From: a virus
Taxonomy: Duplodnaviria > Caudoviricetes
IMG/VR virus record: IMGVR_UViG_3300025070_000167
Span: 1 to 28,654 of that record
Strand: one strand, 5' to 3'
DNA: 28,654 bases
In this document: positions 25,332 to 28,654 of the stretch, in pieces
Layout: the number at the start of each line of letters is the position of its first letter
How positions within the stretch are numbered: position 1 is the stretch's first letter
Translations under genes and position numbers: made by a program
Notes under the pieces: generated by a model
Told to the model about the DNA's origin: nothing
Databases searched by the model: none
Seen by the model: the letters and a program-made list of their open reading frames with translations, nothing else

Positions 25332-26356
25332 AAAAAATAATCATCACAGGTGTAACAGGTCAAGACGGCAGCTTTATGGCTGATTACCTCTTGAAGAACA
25401 CTGAACATACAATTGTTGCTGGTGTCCGTAGGTTAAGCGTCAAGAATCATAACAATATTTCTCACCTAGTAGATAATCCACGCTTCAAGCTTATTGATCT
25501 CGATGTTGCAGATCAGGCTAACACAGATATAGTAATAGCAGAAGAGAAGCCAGACTACTTTATTAATTTTGCAGCGAATTCTTTCGTGGGTGTAAGCTGG
25601 AAAATGCCAGTGAATCACATGGAGACTAATGCTATGGCGGTCTTGTATCAACTTGAGGCGATACGCAAACATTGCCCCGAATGTCGATACTATAACGCTG
25701 GCTCCTCAGAGGAGTTTGGAGACGTTTTACATTCTCCTCAATCAGAGTCTCACCCTTTGCGCCCAAGAAGCCCGTACGGAGTCTCTAAGGCCAGCGCGAG
25801 GCATATGGTGAAGGTTTGGAGGGAGTCTTACGACTTGTATGCTATTCAAGGTTGGTTATTCAATCATGAAGGCACTCGTCGAGGGGAAGAGTTTGTCACT
25901 CGTAAAATCACCAAAAACGTAGCTCGTATTCAAAAAGAATACGCTAGCGGTGAGTTCAAACCTCTAGAATTGGGCAACGTAGATGCCATGCGAGATTGGA
26001 GTGACGCTGAAGATTTCGTCGAAGGTATTTGGTTAATGCTTAATCAAGAAAAACCTAAAGAATATGTTCTTTCTTCAAATGAAACTCACACTATTCGGGA
26101 GTTTGTAGAGGAAGCGTTTAATTTTTCTGGCTTTGGTTCCGAGAAGTGTCGTTGGGATGGTCATGGGGTCAATGAGAAATATTACCACGAAGATAAGATT
26201 CTAGTGCAGATCAATACAGACTTTTATCGCCCCGCTGAAGTTGAGCTTCTTTTGGGGGATTCTGATTTAGCTAGAAAAGAATTAGGTTGGAAGCCAAAAA
26301 CAGATTTTTTAGGTTTGGTGAGGAAAATGGTTGCAAACGATATTGATCTATGCTAG
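25328..26356 (+). CDS. gmd: GDP-mannose 4,6-dehydratase
   Basis: Motifs ITGVTGQDGS, SSEEFG, PRSPYGVSK, LFNHEGTRRGEEFVTRKIT, LGNVDAMRDW and RPAEVELLLGD. Confidence 0.95.
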   Translation: MKKIIITGVTGQDGSFMADYLLKNTEHTIVAGVRRLSVKNHNNISHLVDNPRFKLIDLDVADQANTDIVIAEEKPDYFINFAANSFVGVSWKMPVNHMETNAMAVLYQLEAIRKHCPECRYYNAGSSEEFGDVLHSPQSESHPLRPRSPYGVSKASARHMVKVWRESYDLYAIQGWLFNHEGTRRGEEFVTRKITKNVARIQKEYASGEFKPLELGNVDAMRDWSDAEDFVEGIWLMLNQEKPKEYVLSSNETHTIREFVEEAFNFSGFGSEKCRWDGHGVNEKYYHEDKILVQINTDFYRPAEVELLLGDSDLARKELGWKPKTDFLGLVRKMVANDIDLC

Positions 26357-26359
26357 GAT
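26331..26359 (+). promoter_or_regulatory. Sigma70-type promoter with extended -10 for the recombination/replication genes
   Basis: TTGCAA-N17-TAGGAT with TG at the extended position, ending 6 nt before ATG 26366. Confidence 0.5.
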
Positions 26360-26365
26360 AACTTT

Positions 26366-26839
26366 ATGCCAAGAGGTAAAAAGCAATGCCCTAGCTGCGA
26401 AGATTTTGTCGCAACTAGGGCTTCTTGTTGTGGTTGTGGTCACATCTTTACAAAAAAGAAAGATGCTAAACTTAAGACCACCAAACCTAAGACTGCCAAA
26501 CCCAAGATAAGCAAAATAGACATCTTAAAAAGGCTAGTTGAAGACCCCAAAAATAATAAAAGGTTTTTTTATGCTAGGGAAATGAAGATGCTGAATGATT
26601 TAGTGGATCTCTATTCACTTGAATTTATGAATGTGGTCAACCTCGGTAGGAGATTTGAATCCTTAGCTTACTTTAAACATTCAAAAGTTAAGGAGAAGCT
26701 TGACAGGAGGTTCAGAGAGTTTAATTATGTGACAGACAAGTCACGATACCCCGAATACAATCTAGGTGAAAAAAGCGGCGAAGATCGATTCGTCAAAAGA
26801 AAGAAGAGAACAGTAAAAGACTTTTTAGAAGAAGAATAA
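26366..26839 (+). CDS. Hypothetical protein with N-terminal zinc ribbon
   Basis: CPSC...CCGCGHIF in a basic protein upstream of recA. Confidence 0.65.
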   Translation: MPRGKKQCPSCEDFVATRASCCGCGHIFTKKKDAKLKTTKPKTAKPKISKIDILKRLVEDPKNNKRFFYAREMKMLNDLVDLYSLEFMNVVNLGRRFESLAYFKHSKVKEKLDRRFREFNYVTDKSRYPEYNLGEKSGEDRFVKRKKRTVKDFLEEE

Positions 26840-26840
26840 T

Positions 26841-27971
26841 ATGGCTAATAAAAAAACAGCAGGGACAATAGACTCCAAAAATCTAGTTGGCAATTTTTTG
26901 AAGAACAATAAAGAAGATCACTTCAACTATGAAGAGCAAGTGAACTACAGGGTGTCAAGTGGATCTCTGGAGTTCGATCATCATCTTGATGGAGGCTTCG
27001 GCCCCGGATTGCATAGGTTTGTCGGAATGAATGAAGGGGGGAAGACTTCAGCTTCTTTGGAGGTAATGAAGAACTTCTTAAAGATGCCTAAATCAAAAGG
27101 AGTTTACTTCAAAGCGGAAGGTAGGCTTTCTGACGAAATGATTAAGAGGTGCGGAGTTAAGTTTGTTTTCAATCATGAAGAGTGGGAAGAAGGCACATGC
27201 TTTGTGTTTGAGTCTAATATTTACGAGACTGTAGTAGATTTAATGCGTCAGCTAGTGTCCTCAAATGACGAGAAAAATAAATATTGCTTTGTGCTAGACT
27301 CTGTTGATGGATTAATCAAGAAAGCTGATAACGCAAAAACATTTGAAGATGCTGTTCAAGTAGCTGGAGGAGCAAACATTGCAGCTACATTTATGAAGAA
27401 AATGTCAATAGCTCTTGGGAAAAGGGGCCATATGGCAATCTTTGTTTCTCAGGTTAGAGCAGATATTAAGCTAGACCCATACTCAAAAACTCCTGTTCGC
27501 CAGACAACTGCGACAGGTGGCAATGCTCTACTCCACTTCGCCAACTGGATCATTGAGTTTGAGCCTCGCTTCGGTGGAGATCAGATACTACTTAATCCAT
27601 CTGTCAAAAAGATGGACCCAAAGACTAATCCAGCTATTGGACATTATGCTAAAGTAGTTGTAAAAAAATCTCCAAACGAAAAAACTAATACTCGGATATC
27701 TTATCCGATCCGCTATGGAAGAACTGGTGGCAATTCAATCTGGGTAGAGAAAGAGGTTGTTGGAACTCTTGAAGCTTGGGAGTTCATCAAAAAGGCTGGA
27801 GCTTGGATTTCGATCACAGAAGATTTTAGAGAAGTCCTTTCTGAAGGAGGCTTTTCGCTTCCTGAAAAAGTTCAGGGAGAGAATAAGTTATTTTCTTTGA
27901 TTGAAGATGACTCAGCCCTCTGTCAATATTTAGTAGCGTATTTTAAGAAAATGTTTAGCGGTCAAGAATGA
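26841..27971 (+). CDS. recA: RecA/UvsX-like recombinase
   Basis: SSGSLEFDHHLDGG, Walker A GMNEGGKTS, Walker B FVLDSV, IFVSQVR and TGGNALLHFA. Confidence 0.9.
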   Translation: MANKKTAGTIDSKNLVGNFLKNNKEDHFNYEEQVNYRVSSGSLEFDHHLDGGFGPGLHRFVGMNEGGKTSASLEVMKNFLKMPKSKGVYFKAEGRLSDEMIKRCGVKFVFNHEEWEEGTCFVFESNIYETVVDLMRQLVSSNDEKNKYCFVLDSVDGLIKKADNAKTFEDAVQVAGGANIAATFMKKMSIALGKRGHMAIFVSQVRADIKLDPYSKTPVRQTTATGGNALLHFANWIIEFEPRFGGDQILLNPSVKKMDPKTNPAIGHYAKVVVKKSPNEKTNTRISYPIRYGRTGGNSIWVEKEVVGTLEAWEFIKKAGAWISITEDFREVLSEGGFSLPEKVQGENKLFSLIEDDSALCQYLVAYFKKMFSGQE

Positions 27972-28375
27972 AATTTTACTCTACAGACGGCAAATTAAGA
28001 AACCTTAAAAATCCCAGAAAATATCATATAGATTGGGAAGCTTCTAGTCGCAGTAAGTTTCAGAAAAGCGTTAAAGATTTCCTCTATCCATACTGGAGTA
28101 GCGATGTTGTTTTCGAAGAGTTTAAGGTTGTTGGCAGTCGATTGTCATTAGACTTTTACAACGCTAATAAAAAAATAGCGATTGAAGTTCAAGGCGCTCA
28201 ACACACCAAATACGTCAAACATTTTCATAAGAACAGATTCAAGTTTTTAGACCAACTAAAAAGAGATCAAAAAAAGCTCGACTTCTGCGAGATGAACGAT
28301 ATAAAACTGGTAGAGATATACCCTAATGACACTGTAGATCAGTCATTTTTTGAAAACCAAGATATTTACCTATGA
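27968..28375 (+). CDS. DUF559/Vsr-like PD-(D/E)XK endonuclease
   Basis: Motifs VFEEF, LDFY...IAIEVQGAQH and RDQKK..FCE.NDIKLVEI. Confidence 0.75.
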   Translation: MKFYSTDGKLRNLKNPRKYHIDWEASSRSKFQKSVKDFLYPYWSSDVVFEEFKVVGSRLSLDFYNANKKIAIEVQGAQHTKYVKHFHKNRFKFLDQLKRDQKKLDFCEMNDIKLVEIYPNDTVDQSFFENQDIYL

Positions 28376-28608
28376 GCAAAGATGAAGAAGCATTCTCAAT
28401 CCCAAGTGGATTTGTGGAGAAACTGTACGAAATTTCTGGCGACTCCGATAAGCATAAGGGAGTTATTATGATTGCAGCCAATGAATCTGGCGATCCAATT
28501 ATTTATACCAAATTTGATTCTGCTATCACCGAATTAGGTTTAACTAAAGCTCTTAGTCAGTACCTTGATAGAATAGAAAAAGAAAACGAACAACCTAATG
28601 ATCTATAG
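28372..28608 (+). CDS. Hypothetical protein (78 aa)
   Basis: ORF overlaps both neighbours (ATGA coupling upstream). Confidence 0.65.
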   Translation: MSKDEEAFSIPSGFVEKLYEISGDSDKHKGVIMIAANESGDPIIYTKFDSAITELGLTKALSQYLDRIEKENEQPNDL

Positions 28609-28654
28609 CTACGAATTAGAAAAACAGCTTTTAGCTGGACTACTAAAAGACCCA
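28598..28654 (+). CDS. Start of probable DnaB-like replicative helicase (3'-truncated)
   Basis: Not in the ORF track. ATG 28598 reads MIYSYELEKQLLAGLLKDP to the window end, resembling the DnaB N-terminal S.EAE..VLG.LL motif. Only 19 codons are visible. Confidence 0.5.
   Translation, partial: MIYSYELEKQLLAGLLKDP

Noticed and set aside
17291-25811. Other short overlapping ORFs (17291, 17777, 18387, 18427, 18434, 20768, 21165, 22389, 25466, 25629; likewise 901, 5126 and 6215 earlier in the window)
   Set aside because: All lie wholly inside well-supported genes and show no protein-like motifs.
19486-27971. Introns or inteins in nrdA, nrdB or recA
   Set aside because: The ORFs are continuous and of compact normal length, with no intein or homing-endonuclease motifs.
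1-28654. Stop-codon reassignment
   Set aside because: Coding density is high under code 11, and TAA, TAG and TGA all end genes at sensible boundaries.

Overview
The window is a gene-dense, AT-rich fragment of a large tailed dsDNA bacteriophage. It uses the standard code, and I saw no tRNA, rRNA, CRISPR or integrase. The left half (1-16447) is a morphogenesis region split over both strands: putative neck/head-tail genes, four paralogous tail-tube-like proteins with an internal two-domain duplication, two paralogous chaperone-like genes, a 2264-aa tape measure protein (TMP) and a tandem lambda-gpM-like distal tail protein. No sheath gene is seen in the window. The right half has a leftward operon (phage sigma factor, SSB, GT-B glycosyltransferase, Hsp20) behind a consensus TTGACA-N16-TATAAT promoter. 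It also has a rightward block with a class Id-type ribonucleotide reductase (nrdB-nrdA), a basic/acidic block protein, a nucleotide-sugar/glycan cluster (GT-A, methyltransferase, epimerase, gmd), RecA/UvsX, a DUF559-like nuclease and the start of a probable DnaB helicase. The most notable observation is a ~263-aa cassette inside the TMP. It carries a PD-(D/E)XK-like nuclease motif and is bracketed by near-identical RxAxGYIPNFA peptides, which suggests a TMP that carries swappable effector cargo into the host. Also notable are a recurrent GTGTAA upstream motif (candidate phage-sigma promoter) and a sigma54-like site before hsp20. All family assignments come from motif recognition by eye, not from database searches.
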